NCBI GenBank assembly: GCA_013288905.1
Contig: JABDAW010000003.1
Location: forward strand, 1-52,679
Direction: 5' to 3'
From: Bacteroidota bacterium
GTDB lineage: Bacteria; Bacteroidota; Bacteroidia; AKYH767-A; JABDAW01
DNA length: 52,679 bases
Shown here: positions 36,067-46,273 of the stretch, in pieces
Layout: each line of letters starts with the position of its first letter
How positions within the stretch are numbered: the stretch's first letter is position 1
Position numbers and translations under genes: made by a program
The notes under the pieces: generated by a model
Seen by the model: the letters and a program-made list of their open reading frames with translations, nothing else
Database searches by the model: none
What the model was told of the DNA's origin: nothing

Positions 36067-36786
36067 TTACATCATTCCCTCATCAGCAAAACTGAAAAAA
36101 CTTTTGTCTGTGATGATGATATGATCCAAAACTGGTATTTCCAAAAATTTCCCTGCCTCCTTCAATTGCTTGGTTAATTTGATGTCAGCTTCACTGGGTT
36201 TTATATTCCCAGATGGATGATTGTGGCAAAGAATTATTGATGATGCGAGGTGTTGAATTGCTTCTCGAAACAACATTTTCGAATCAACAACAGTTCCTGA
36301 GACTCCACCACTGCTTATTTGTTTCTTTTCAATTATCTTATTAGCCCTATTGAGTAACAATATCCAAAATTCCTCATGTGGATGATCTCCCAAAATAGGT
36401 TGGAAAATATCAGCCACATCTTTACTTGATGTAATCTTTTCTTTCTTAATTGCCTCCGATTCGCGAGTCCGCCTTCCTAATTCAAGTGCAGCAATTATTT
36501 CAATTGCCTTAACCTTTCCCACCCCTTTGAAATCTTTATTATTAGCAATATCAAGCACCGAAAGTTTCGCCAAAGAATTCAGGTTATTCCCAACACTATT
36601 CAGAATTTTTTTGGCAACATCAACGGCAGTTTCTTCCGTATTTCCAGAGCCAATGATGATTGCTATTAACTCAGCGTCCGACAAAGATGACTTTCCTTTC
36701 CTCAACAATTTCTCTCTTGGACGATCATCTTCTGCCCAGGATTTGATAGTTACATTTTCCAATCTTTTTATTTTAATAAGAAGCAA
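36067..36786 (-). CDS. radC: RadC-family JAB/MPN domain protein
   Basis: DRPREKL N-terminal motif, HhH region and HNHPSG JAMM motif. Confidence 0.85.
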   Translation of the reverse strand: MLLIKIKRLENVTIKSWAEDDRPREKLLRKGKSSLSDAELIAIIIGSGNTEETAVDVAKKILNSVGNNLNSLAKLSVLDIANNKDFKGVGKVKAIEIIAALELGRRTRESEAIKKEKITSSKDVADIFQPILGDHPHEEFWILLLNRANKIIEKKQISSGGVSGTVVDSKMLFREAIQHLASSIILCHNHPSGNIKPSEADIKLTKQLKEAGKFLEIPVLDHIIITDKSFFSFADEGMM

Positions 36787-36901
36787 ATAACGGAAAATTC
36801 GGGAATAGAGAAATGGTTTTTGTCATTTGATTTATTGGAAATATTAATTGAATTTACATCTAAGTAAGAATTATCTTTTACTAAAGCTAATTCTATTATT
36901 A

Positions 36902-37465
36902 TCATTTCACCCGATCAGGATTGTCGGTCAGGAATGCCTTCCAGCCTGTATAAGCCTTGCCACCTTCGACAGCCTTGGCACCCTGGAAATGATGACATAC
37001 AGCCGCCGCCAAACCATCAGTGGCATCAAGGTCTTTGGGCAATTCGCCAATGTTTAATAAGGTCTGCATCATGCGCGCCACCTGCTCTTTGGAAGCATTG
37101 CCATTGCCGGTGATGGACTGCTTGATTTTCTTTGGCGAATATTCAAAGATAGGGATGCCGCGATACAATCCCGCCGCCATCGCAACGCCTTGTGCCCTGC
37201 CGAGTTTGAGCATTGATTGGACGTTCTTTCCGAAGAAAGGAGCCTCGATGGCAAGATGATCGGGATGGTAATTATCTATCAGATGCAAGGTCTTCTCGAA
37301 GATCGTCTTGAGCTTCATCGCATGGTCGTGGTACTTGCTGAGATGCAGGACCCCGTAGTGAATCAGCTCCATGTTCTTTCCTTTAATAATGATCAAACCA
37401 TAGCCCATAATAATAGTACCGGGGTCAATGCCGAGGATGATCGTTTCTTTTAATTTTGTAGCCAT
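36902..37465 (-). CDS. ruvC: crossover junction endodeoxyribonuclease RuvC
   Basis: ILGIDPG start, RNase H-like fold, RuvC length. Confidence 0.9.
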   Translation of the reverse strand: MATKLKETIILGIDPGTIIMGYGLIIIKGKNMELIHYGVLHLSKYHDHAMKLKTIFEKTLHLIDNYHPDHLAIEAPFFGKNVQSMLKLGRAQGVAMAAGLYRGIPIFEYSPKKIKQSITGNGNASKEQVARMMQTLLNIGELPKDLDATDGLAAAVCHHFQGAKAVEGGKAYTGWKAFLTDNPDRVK

Positions 37466-37474
37466 GAGCTGTGT

Positions 37475-38377
37475 TTAATAATTCTTAATGAAGGAATAAA
37501 TATTGAAATCCGGAAGGTCAATGGCAGCTTCTATTTTCTTTTGAAGCTCCTGTTTGTTGACATCATTCATCCTTCTGTTTTGAATGAGATAATAAGCCTT
37601 CTCGGCAAGCAGGAAGGCACGTTTGGTATTCATTGCTATGCCCTGATGACGCGCAATTTCATTCAATAACTCTTCGATACCATTGTTGTTGGTAGCAATC
37701 GTTTTAATCACCGGAGGCAGCCATGATTTCTCTTTATGAGAATGAACTAACTGCTCCAGATTCTTAACGAATATATCGGCACCCGCACGATCACTTTTAT
37801 TCACCACAAAGATGTCTGCAATCTCCATGATGCCGGATTTAATGGTTTGAATTTCATCACCCGCTTCAGGGACTAATACCACAATGGTCGTATCAGCAAT
37901 GCCGGCTATCTCTATCTCGCTTTGCCCGACACCAACGGTTTCTATGATGATGTAATCAAAGTCAGAAGCCTTCATCACATCCAATATCTCAATCACCTTT
38001 GCCGACAATCCACCCAACGAACCGCGAGTGGCAATGCTTCGAATGAAGACATAAGGATGTGTAAAATGATTACTCATCCGAAGCCTGTCACCCAACAAAG
38101 AACCGAGATTAAAAGGCGAAGTAGGATCAACAGCAAGAATACCGATCTTTTTGTTCTGAAGAAGAAGATTAGTCACCAAAGAATTAATCAAGGTACTCTT
38201 GCCAGCCCCCGGAGGACCAGTGATTCCGACTATCGGAATGTTTTTATTTTGCTTTAATCGAAGGAGTAATTCATCGCTGTCATTACTTTCATTCTCGACC
38301 ATAGAGATATACCTTGCAAGTACCTTTTTATCGCCCTTGGTGAGAGCGTCAAGCATGTTTTGAATGTTATCTTTCAT
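37475..38377 (-). CDS. meaB: MeaB/ArgK-type G3E GTPase
   Basis: GITGPPGAGKST P-loop, ETVGVGQSE, NKSD. First ATG inside ORF 37475..38413. Confidence 0.8.
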   Translation of the reverse strand: MKDNIQNMLDALTKGDKKVLARYISMVENESNDSDELLLRLKQNKNIPIVGITGPPGAGKSTLINSLVTNLLLQNKKIGILAVDPTSPFNLGSLLGDRLRMSNHFTHPYVFIRSIATRGSLGGLSAKVIEILDVMKASDFDYIIIETVGVGQSEIEIAGIADTTIVVLVPEAGDEIQTIKSGIMEIADIFVVNKSDRAGADIFVKNLEQLVHSHKEKSWLPPVIKTIATNNNGIEELLNEIARHQGIAMNTKRAFLLAEKAYYLIQNRRMNDVNKQELQKKIEAAIDLPDFNIYSFIKNY

Positions 38378-38450
38378 TAAATTCTTTGTGGAATAAGAAT
38401 GCAAATTACGCAAAGAAATATGAATTGAAATCCCTTACTGAGAAAAAATA

Positions 38451-38458
38451 TAATTTTG
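38451..38458 (+). promoter_or_regulatory. -7 promoter box TAATTTTG
   Basis: 20 bp upstream of the ATG at 38478. Confidence 0.5.
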
Positions 38459-38477
38459 GCATCCGAAATAAAAGGGA

Positions 38478-39251
38478 ATGCAAGTTAAATTATCAGTAGT
38501 AATTATCACCTTCAACGAAGAGTTGAATATTGGCAGATGCCTTGAATCCATTAAGGAAATTGCTGATGAAGTTATCGTTGTTGATTCTTATTCTACTGAT
38601 AAAACAGAAGCTATTTGCAAGGCTTATGGAGTCCGTTTTATTCAACATCAATTTGAAGGACATATCGAACAAAAGAACTTTGCATCCACCCAAACTACCT
38701 TTCAACATGTTCTAAGTCTTGATGCAGATGAAGCTCTTTCAGAAGAATTAAAACAATCAATAATTAATGCAAAGAATGACTGGAACGCTGATGGATACTC
38801 GATGAATCGCCTCACCAACTACTGTGGCAAATGGATTCATCATTGTGGCTGGTACCCTGATACCAAGAACAGATTGATGGATAAAACCAAAGGCAAATGG
38901 GATGGCGATAATCCCCATGATCAGTTTATAATGACAGAAGGAAACAAGGTAATTCATCTTCAGGGAGATATTCTACACTATAGTTATTATACATTGGATG
39001 ATCATTATAAACAGGTAGAATATTTCACAAGCATTCTTTCGAAATCACAATTTGCAAAGGGAAAGAAGGCACCTTTATTTATGGTTTATGCAAGCCCTGT
39101 GGTAAAGTTTATCAAGTTTTATTTTATTAAGCTTGGAATATTAGATGGTCATGCAGGCTATACTATCAGCCGCATCTCAGCTTATGCAACCCATTTGAAG
39201 TATAAGAAACTTCGCCAGCTTTATTTAGATAATAGAAAGAATGCTAAGTAA
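38478..39251 (+). CDS. family 2 glycosyltransferase (LPS core type)
   Basis: LSVVIITFNEE...VVDSYSTD...DADE GT-A motifs. Confidence 0.8.
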   Translation: MQVKLSVVIITFNEELNIGRCLESIKEIADEVIVVDSYSTDKTEAICKAYGVRFIQHQFEGHIEQKNFASTQTTFQHVLSLDADEALSEELKQSIINAKNDWNADGYSMNRLTNYCGKWIHHCGWYPDTKNRLMDKTKGKWDGDNPHDQFIMTEGNKVIHLQGDILHYSYYTLDDHYKQVEYFTSILSKSQFAKGKKAPLFMVYASPVVKFIKFYFIKLGILDGHAGYTISRISAYATHLKYKKLRQLYLDNRKNAK

Positions 39252-40227
39252 ACTAAAGACCATTATTATCAGTCGTACCGATGGAATTGGCGATGTCATA
39301 TTGACACTACCTATTTGTGGAATCATCAAGAAATATTATCCCGATACTAAGATTCTTTTTCTTGGAAGAACCTATACCGAACCAATTATTAATTGTTGTG
39401 AGCATGTTGATGGATTTATTAATGCAGATGAATTATCTGTTGAACAATTAAAGAAATACAATGCCGATGCGATCATCCATGTCTTCCCAAACAAGCGAAT
39501 AGCAAGGCTTTCGAAGCAAGCAGGCATTAATTTAAGAATAGGAACTACGAATAGAATCTTCCATTGGACTACAGTAAATAAGCTGGTACGATTGAGCAGA
39601 AAGAATTCTTCTCTGCATGAATCACAATTGAATTTCAAGCTCCTTGAACCTTTAGGAATAAACATTATTCCTGACTTAAAAGAGATCTCAAGTTATATAG
39701 GATTCACAAAGTTTCATTCCATAGATAAGTACCTAAAATCCCTTAAAGAAAAAGGAAAGCTCAACATCATTCTACATCCAAAAACAAATAATTCAGGAAG
39801 AGAATGGAGTATGGAGAATTATAAAGCTTTGATTAATCTATTGCCTTCGGATAAATATAAAATTTTCATTACCGGCAGCAAAGCAGAACAAGATCTCCTC
39901 TCAGATTGGATAATGACTCTTCCGGAAAATATTACTGACCTATCGGGGAAATTATCCCTTCCAGAATTTATTTCCTTTATCAAAGAAGCCGATTATTTGG
40001 TAGCTACAAGTACAGGTCCTTTGCATATTGCAGCAGCTTGTGGCATTGGGGCTATCGGTATTTATCCACCAATAAAACCTATTAATCCTACTCGTTGGCA
40101 GCCCATCGGGAAGAATGCAAAATATTTATGCGTTAATAAAATATGCTCTGTATGTCGCTCAAATCCTCCTCGCTGTCATTGCATCAATGAAATTACTCCG
40201 CAGCAAGTTGCAGGGCTTATTCTTTAA
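39241..40227 (+). CDS. family 9 glycosyltransferase (heptosyltransferase-like)
   Basis: GT9 pattern (RTDGIGDVILTLP, TGPLHIAAA). Overlaps the GT2 stop. Confidence 0.8.
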   Translation: MLSKLKTIIISRTDGIGDVILTLPICGIIKKYYPDTKILFLGRTYTEPIINCCEHVDGFINADELSVEQLKKYNADAIIHVFPNKRIARLSKQAGINLRIGTTNRIFHWTTVNKLVRLSRKNSSLHESQLNFKLLEPLGINIIPDLKEISSYIGFTKFHSIDKYLKSLKEKGKLNIILHPKTNNSGREWSMENYKALINLLPSDKYKIFITGSKAEQDLLSDWIMTLPENITDLSGKLSLPEFISFIKEADYLVATSTGPLHIAAACGIGAIGIYPPIKPINPTRWQPIGKNAKYLCVNKICSVCRSNPPRCHCINEITPQQVAGLIL

Positions 40228-40253
40228 TAAACAAGATCTTTGAATTATTTTTT

Positions 40254-41003
40254 TCATAAGAACCATTCCTGGAAATCCTTGATGGTCATTTTGCTTCTTT
40301 CTTCCCCTTTAATATCTGAAGCTATGGTGCCTTCTTTCATCAGAATGACGCGACTTCCATAACTTGCCACATCTTTCAAATTATGAGTAATCAGAATAGA
40401 AGTCAACTTGAATTCCTTGATAATCTGGTCGGCTTTCTGCATGATTATTTCAGAAGTTTTCGGATCTAATGCCGCAGAAGGTTCATCCAATAAAAGGATT
40501 TTGGCATCATCCATCACCGCCATTATTAAGGTCAATGCCTGCCTTTGACCGCCCGACAGAGTTCCAATAGACTGCTCTAATTTATCTTCCAAACCCAAGC
40601 CCAGCAATGCAATCCGCTCCCTGACCATTTCTTTAAACTTAGAATTAATACCGATAGAAAGACTCTTCCTTTTGGTTCTGATTGCTGCCAGTCTGAAATT
40701 GTCAATGATACTTAATTCAGAAGCAGTGCCTTTAAAAGGATCTTGGAATATCCTTGCAATCCATTTACTTCTTCTGAAATCTTTCCAGTCGGTCACCTCA
40801 TTACCTTCGATATTAATTTTGCCGCTGTCGGGAATAATTGTCCCGGCAATGGCATTCAATAAAGACGATTTTCCAGAACCATTAGCTCCGACAATAACTA
40901 TGAATTCTTCATTTGAAATATTTAGATTAATATTTATTAAAGCCCTTACTTCTTGTGGTGTTCCGGCATTAAATGTCTTGGAAATATTGGTTAATTCTAT
41001 CAT
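40254..41003 (-). CDS. ABC transporter ATP-binding protein (COG1101-like)
   Basis: Walker A GANGSGKSS, LSGGQRQ signature, Walker B LLLDEP. Confidence 0.85.
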   Translation of the reverse strand: MIELTNISKTFNAGTPQEVRALININLNISNEEFIVIVGANGSGKSSLLNAIAGTIIPDSGKINIEGNEVTDWKDFRRSKWIARIFQDPFKGTASELSIIDNFRLAAIRTKRKSLSIGINSKFKEMVRERIALLGLGLEDKLEQSIGTLSGGQRQALTLIMAVMDDAKILLLDEPSAALDPKTSEIIMQKADQIIKEFKLTSILITHNLKDVASYGSRVILMKEGTIASDIKGEERSKMTIKDFQEWFL

Positions 41004-41942
41004 CTAATTTGAAACCTTTCTAAGATTCGGAAGACATACAACAATCAATACAATCAATGCTGTAATCAACTTCAATAAATTCGGATCAATGCCTAATGAA
41101 AGAACAAATGCAAGGATTAATCTGAAGAATATGGTGCCGATTATCACCCCAAACAATCTCCCTGAAATGCTTTGAATTTTTAATAGGCTCATCAAAGTTT
41201 CTCCTATCATTACAGAACCTAATCCAAGGATGATTATACCGATCCCCATATTAATGTCAGCAAAGCCCTGGTATTGCGTGATAAGCGATCCGCTCAAAGC
41301 CATCAATCCATTAGAAATCGCCAGTCCGATTATCTTCATTTTGGATGTATCTATGCCCATTGCGCTCACCATTACTTCGGAATTGCCGGTAGCTCTCATA
41401 GCAATCCCGAAATCAGTTCTTAAAAGCGAGGAAAGAAACAGTATTAAACAAAAAGTAATAAGCATCAGAATGCTCAACTGACGAGCCACAGTATCTCCAA
41501 TGAAAGATAGCCAATCATAAATTACAGGGATATTTATCAAAGGAATATTTGATCGTCCCATCAAGGAAAGATTCACGGAATATAGTGCAGTCATCACCAA
41601 AATCCCAGCAAGCAAAGCATTTACTTTTAATTTTGTGTGGATGAATCCGGTGATAGACCCAGAAAGAATTCCTGCAACTATGGAGGCAGTTATAGCCACT
41701 GGAACAGAGTTATATTTCACCAAGATTATGGCAGAAACCACTCCACCTAAGGTATAACTTCCATCGGTGGTAATATCAGGAATATTAAATATCCTCATAG
41801 AAATAAATATCCCGAAACCCAAGGCAACAAAGCCCAATCCAAGCATGACGGCAGCGAGATAAAAATTCATATTTCCAAAATAATTATTGTTTTCTACGAA
41901 CCGCAAAAGTAGATAATTCATATAAAAGAAGTTTGAAATCAA
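41004..41942 (-). CDS. ABC transporter permease (COG4120-like); true start may be the internal Met at about 41870
   Basis: Polytopic membrane protein contiguous with the ATPase gene. Confidence 0.75.
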   Translation of the reverse strand: MISNFFYMNYLLLRFVENNNYFGNMNFYLAAVMLGLGFVALGFGIFISMRIFNIPDITTDGSYTLGGVVSAIILVKYNSVPVAITASIVAGILSGSITGFIHTKLKVNALLAGILVMTALYSVNLSLMGRSNIPLINIPVIYDWLSFIGDTVARQLSILMLITFCLILFLSSLLRTDFGIAMRATGNSEVMVSAMGIDTSKMKIIGLAISNGLMALSGSLITQYQGFADINMGIGIIILGLGSVMIGETLMSLLKIQSISGRLFGVIIGTIFFRLILAFVLSLGIDPNLLKLITALIVLIVVCLPNLRKVSN

Positions 41943-41979
41943 TCATCCTTATTAAATCATCACAGACTAATCCTTTTTA

Positions 41980-41987
41980 TATATTTG
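41980..41987 (+). promoter_or_regulatory. -7 promoter box TATATTTG
   Basis: 37 bp upstream of the yebC ATG. Confidence 0.5.
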
Positions 41988-42023
41988 CAGCCCTAAAATA
42001 AAAACTAATTAATAGATTATAAA

Positions 42024-42731
42024 ATGGGAAGAGCATTTGAATTCAGAAAAGGTCGTAAAATGAAGCGTTGGGACAGGATGGCTAAAGCTTTCACGCGCTT
42101 GGGAAAAGAAATTGCAATAGCGGTTAAGTCGGGTGGTCCGGTGCCGGAAACGAATCCTCGTTTGAGGGTGGCAGTGCAGAATGCCAAGGGTGTGAATATG
42201 CCCAAAGATAGGATTGAAGCGGCTATCAAGCGTGCTTCATCTAAGGATGAAAAGAATTTTGATGAGATTGTGTACGAAGGTTACGGTCAATATGGTGTGG
42301 CGATTCTTGCTGAATGTGCCACCGATAATTCCACCAGAACAGTCGCCAATCTCCGCATGTATTTCTCCAAAGGCAATGGTGCTTTGGGAAAGACCGGTTC
42401 ATTGGATTTTATCTTTGACAGGAAGGGGGTTTTTACTTTGGCTCCTGATAAGATCAATATTGAAGATATGGAATTGGAATTGATAGATTTTGGTTTGGAA
42501 GCTATCGAGCAGGACGACGAGGGTATCTATATTTATACCAAGTTTGAAGACTATGGTGCCATGCAAAAGGCTCTTGAGGAAAGAAATATCAATATCATCA
42601 GCCAGGAATTGCAAAGGATTCCGAATACTTTGGTAGAGTTGGATGAAGCCCAGGAAGAAGCGGTCATGAAGCTGGTGGATATGATTGAAGAGGATGATGA
42701 TGTGCAGGCGGTTTATCACAACATAAAGTAA
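42024..42731 (+). CDS. yebC: YebC/PmpR family DNA-binding transcriptional regulator
   Basis: MGRAFEFRKGRKMKRW... is a canonical YebC N-terminus. Confidence 0.9.
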   Translation: MGRAFEFRKGRKMKRWDRMAKAFTRLGKEIAIAVKSGGPVPETNPRLRVAVQNAKGVNMPKDRIEAAIKRASSKDEKNFDEIVYEGYGQYGVAILAECATDNSTRTVANLRMYFSKGNGALGKTGSLDFIFDRKGVFTLAPDKINIEDMELELIDFGLEAIEQDDEGIYIYTKFEDYGAMQKALEERNINIISQELQRIPNTLVELDEAQEEAVMKLVDMIEEDDDVQAVYHNIK

Positions 42732-42827
42732 GTCAATTAGGAATTACGAATTAGGAATTAGGATGTGGGCATGACTCATAATTTATAATTCCTTTCAGCG
42801 TTGAATCCTCCATAAATAATTAATTCT

Positions 42828-44516
42828 ATGAATAATATGAAAAGTCTCTTTATTATAGCCATTATGACTGCTTTTGCGGTTACATCATTTGGGGCTAATG
42901 ACAATAAAATTACTCCCTCTGAAATTAAATCGGTGAAGATATATACCAAAGGAGCGGTCGTTACCAGGAAGGCTACCATCACTGCTGATGCGGGGGCTTC
43001 TACTATTGAATTCGACAACCTTTCTTCCAGCATTGACAAGCAGAGCGTTACTGTTACCGGCACCGGTGATGTTACGATATTGAGCGTTCAATATAATTTG
43101 AATTATCTGAATGAGGAACAGAAACCGAGGGAGGTAATTGTGCTGGAGGATTCTGTAAAATTCATCAATCATGAATTAGATAAATTAAACAATCTTGATT
43201 CGGTTTATGTTGAAGAGAAGAGCATGATTCTTTCCAATAAATCAATTCGTGATGAGCGGGAAGGTGTTACTGCTGATAAATTGACCGATGTTGCAAATTT
43301 CTATCGAAGCAGATTATCTGATATTAGTGCGAAACTCCTTGATATTCGCTATGAGCAAGAGCGGTTGAGGAAGGATAAGAGCAGAATAAATGCTCAATTA
43401 AAAACCATTAAAACCAACCGCGATAAACCTACCGGAACCATCAATGTCAGCCTGTCTGCGAATACAAGAACTCAAGTTACATTAGAGATTAGTTATCTTG
43501 TTCTTGATGCCGGATGGAGCCCTCTTTATGACATTCGGGCGAAGGATATCAGCAGCCCCATTCAATTAAATTACAAAGCAAATGTATTCCAAAATAGCGG
43601 CGAAGATTGGAAGAATATTCACATTACATTAAGCACCGGAAATCCAACATTGAGCGGGGAAATGCCTCAATTATATCCCTGGCATTTGAATTTTTATGTG
43701 CCAACATATCAACCAAAATATAAGAATCGTGCTTATCATGAGGATGTTAAAACCTTAGCAGGTAAGGAAGAAGCTGATAGCGCTGCTTTAGTTATTAGAG
43801 GCGCAAGAAGTGAATCCACAAAATATGTTGTTGATGGAATTGCTGTTACTGGGTATAATAAGGATGAAGCCAAATTACAAGCGATAGAAGTAAATACCAA
43901 TAACAACCAACTTTCCGTAGATTTCGACATCGCCATTCCCTATTCCGTGCCATCGGATAACAAGGTCTATCTGGTGGATGTGCAGCATTATGAAATGAAG
44001 GCGGATTACAGCTACCACGCCATTCCAAAATTAGATAAAGATGCCTTCCTGATTGCACGTGTGACGGGCTGGGAGGCGATGAATCTGCTATCCGGCAATG
44101 CCAATATTTTCTTCGAGAATGCCTTCATCGGAGCCTCTTATTTGCAATTAAATAATGCATCCGATACCCTCGACATTTCATTGGGAAGGGACAAGAAAAT
44201 TTCCATTAACAGAGAGAAGCAAAAAGATTTCACCAAGAGCCAGACCGTGGGCAGCAATATCGTCAAGACGATTGCTTATGAAATCTCGGTAAGGAATAGC
44301 AAAGCCGAGGCGATAAATATTACGCTCGACGACCAACTTCCGATCTCTGACAACAAAGATATTTCGGTCAAGATGCTGGAGAATTCCAATGCCGAATTCA
44401 ACGATAAAACCGGAACGATGACCTGGAAAATGAATGTCGCGCCCTCTGCCACCGAGAAAAGGAAGCTGTCATTCAGCGTGAAATACCCCAAAGATCAGAA
44501 CGTTCCGAATCTTTAA
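42828..44516 (+). CDS. DUF4140/DUF4139 (MuiA-like, TIGR02231-type) secreted protein
   Basis: Signal peptide, central coiled coil, family-typical N- and C-terminal regions. Confidence 0.7.
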   Translation: MNNMKSLFIIAIMTAFAVTSFGANDNKITPSEIKSVKIYTKGAVVTRKATITADAGASTIEFDNLSSSIDKQSVTVTGTGDVTILSVQYNLNYLNEEQKPREVIVLEDSVKFINHELDKLNNLDSVYVEEKSMILSNKSIRDEREGVTADKLTDVANFYRSRLSDISAKLLDIRYEQERLRKDKSRINAQLKTIKTNRDKPTGTINVSLSANTRTQVTLEISYLVLDAGWSPLYDIRAKDISSPIQLNYKANVFQNSGEDWKNIHITLSTGNPTLSGEMPQLYPWHLNFYVPTYQPKYKNRAYHEDVKTLAGKEEADSAALVIRGARSESTKYVVDGIAVTGYNKDEAKLQAIEVNTNNNQLSVDFDIAIPYSVPSDNKVYLVDVQHYEMKADYSYHAIPKLDKDAFLIARVTGWEAMNLLSGNANIFFENAFIGASYLQLNNASDTLDISLGRDKKISINREKQKDFTKSQTVGSNIVKTIAYEISVRNSKAEAINITLDDQLPISDNKDISVKMLENSNAEFNDKTGTMTWKMNVAPSATEKRKLSFSVKYPKDQNVPNL

Positions 44517-44578
44517 AAGGCTATTTTGAATCAAATTAAAACGGTGAAAGTTAATATCGTAAGCAAGATTTACTTTAT

Positions 44579-44790
44579 AAATACCTCCGCTGATGCCGTA
44601 ATTACCTCCGCAAATTCTGTCAATACCTCCGCTGATGGCAAAAATACCTCCGCAATTCCCGTCAATACCTCCGCTGATGCCAAGAATACCTCCGCAATTC
44701 CCGTCAATACCTCCGCTGATGCCAAAAATACCTCCGCAATTCCCGTCAATACCCTCCGTTGATGCCGAAAATACCTCCGCTAATTCAATC
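44579..44790. repeat. tandem array D: 10 x 21-bp units (AATACCTCCGC core) in a 42-bp alternating pattern
   Basis: ACCTCC at 44583, 44604, 44625, 44646, 44667, 44688, 44709, 44730, 44751 and 44773. A 1-nt insertion sits in the ninth unit. Confidence 0.9.
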
Positions 44791-44842
44791 CAAATAGCAT
44801 CACATTATTTAAATTCCCTCAATTCCCTTCCCCTTAAAATTC

Positions 44843-44850
44843 TAAATTTG
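44843..44850 (+). promoter_or_regulatory. -7 promoter box TAAATTTG
   Basis: 26 bp upstream of the ATG at 44876, between array D and the gene. Confidence 0.5.
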
Positions 44851-44875
44851 CCCCTCACAAAATAATAATTATATA

Positions 44876-46255
44876 ATGAAAATATCCAATATCCTTTGTA
44901 CCCTTGCCGCCATTTTTATCTTGAATAGTTCGAATGCGCAGACTTTTTCTCCGGTCGCGAATGGCACGAATAGCGACATTTATGCCTTAGCGGTTTATAA
45001 TAGCCAACTATGGATCGGCGGAGAATTCACGGAGTGTTATAGCAGCGACACTATTATCAGCCCGATGCTCACTATTTTTGATGGCAGCAATTTCAACCTT
45101 CCCACCGACTCCGGCTGGTCTGGCGGAGGGATTACAAATTTTTTGGTGAACACTACGAATCTGTTTATAGGAGGATATTTTTCGCTTCCTTTTGATTCGA
45201 TTACCGACATCAACAACCTCGTCAAATATAATGGTACCTGGGGAGACACCGCCTATAGTCTCAACAATACCGTGGATGCGATGATTTATTATAACGGGAA
45301 TTTGTACGCCGGCGGGGCATTTAATTCTACGGATTCCGGTGCTGTGAATTACATCGCAAAATGGGACTCGGTGAACCATGTTTGGGCGAATGTGACGACA
45401 GGCGTGACCAATGGCGAGGTCAGGGCTTTGGAAGTCTTCAATGGCTATCTTTATGCTGCCGGAAACTTCACGCTCATTGACGGTGTTCCCACAAATTATA
45501 TTGCGAAATGGAATGACACGCTCTGGCAGCCAATCGGGCTGGGGCTGATAGGAAATGTCAATGCCCTGAAAGTCTTTGACACCCTGCTCTATGCCGGAGG
45601 AAACTTTATCCTTGCCGGGGCTGATACTTTTAATCATATTGCGGCTATTGATGCCAATAATAATTATTTTAAAGTCGGCTACGGGCATTCCGTAAACGGG
45701 CTTGATTCCACTGGAATAGGAAGTGATACACTTGCCGATGTCAGATGTTTTGAAGTCCTGAATGGCAGCTTATACATTGGCGGATATTTTTCTGAAGCCA
45801 ATGGTGCACCAGGCAATTCGATCATAAATTGGAATGGATCAAATTATATAAGCATGGGTAATGGAATAACTTCGTTTGGCGGCGTCGTATATGCCCTGAA
45901 AGGCTGGAATGGAAGCCTGTATATTGGTGGTTCGTTTGACCAAGCCGACAGTATTGCCGCTAATAATATTTGCAAATATGATGCACCGGCAGGAATTAAA
46001 AACGTCAGGAATAATATTGCTGTGAGCACCTTTCCAAACCCTGCCAATACGGTTATTAATTTTAATATCATCAATGAGAATAACATATCCGGCATCATTA
46101 AATTACTTGATATCAGCGGCAGAGAGATGATACAAGAATCTTTTCATGTTGGTCTGAACAGCCTTGATATCAGCAATTTGGATAATGGAATGTATCTCTA
46201 TGAAATCATTGGAAATTCTTCCATTTTTCAAGGGAAGATTATTGTTGAGAAATAA
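44876..46255 (+). CDS. secreted beta-propeller-like repeat protein with T9SS C-terminal sorting domain
   Basis: Signal peptide. Repeats of the ...LYAGGNF...NYIAKW(D/N) type. C-terminal FPNPANTVINF...GMYLYEI...GKIIVEK. Confidence 0.7.
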   Translation: MKISNILCTLAAIFILNSSNAQTFSPVANGTNSDIYALAVYNSQLWIGGEFTECYSSDTIISPMLTIFDGSNFNLPTDSGWSGGGITNFLVNTTNLFIGGYFSLPFDSITDINNLVKYNGTWGDTAYSLNNTVDAMIYYNGNLYAGGAFNSTDSGAVNYIAKWDSVNHVWANVTTGVTNGEVRALEVFNGYLYAAGNFTLIDGVPTNYIAKWNDTLWQPIGLGLIGNVNALKVFDTLLYAGGNFILAGADTFNHIAAIDANNNYFKVGYGHSVNGLDSTGIGSDTLADVRCFEVLNGSLYIGGYFSEANGAPGNSIINWNGSNYISMGNGITSFGGVVYALKGWNGSLYIGGSFDQADSIAANNICKYDAPAGIKNVRNNIAVSTFPNPANTVINFNIINENNISGIIKLLDISGREMIQESFHVGLNSLDISNLDNGMYLYEIIGNSSIFQGKIIVEK

Positions 46256-46273
46256 GCTGCTGCTATTAACGGT

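Noticed and set aside
40254-41942. An ABC ATPase/permease pair without the expected periplasmic binding protein, considered as a possible novel system.
   Set aside because: The binding-protein gene may simply be elsewhere. Both genes look like ordinary COG1101/COG4120 transporter components.
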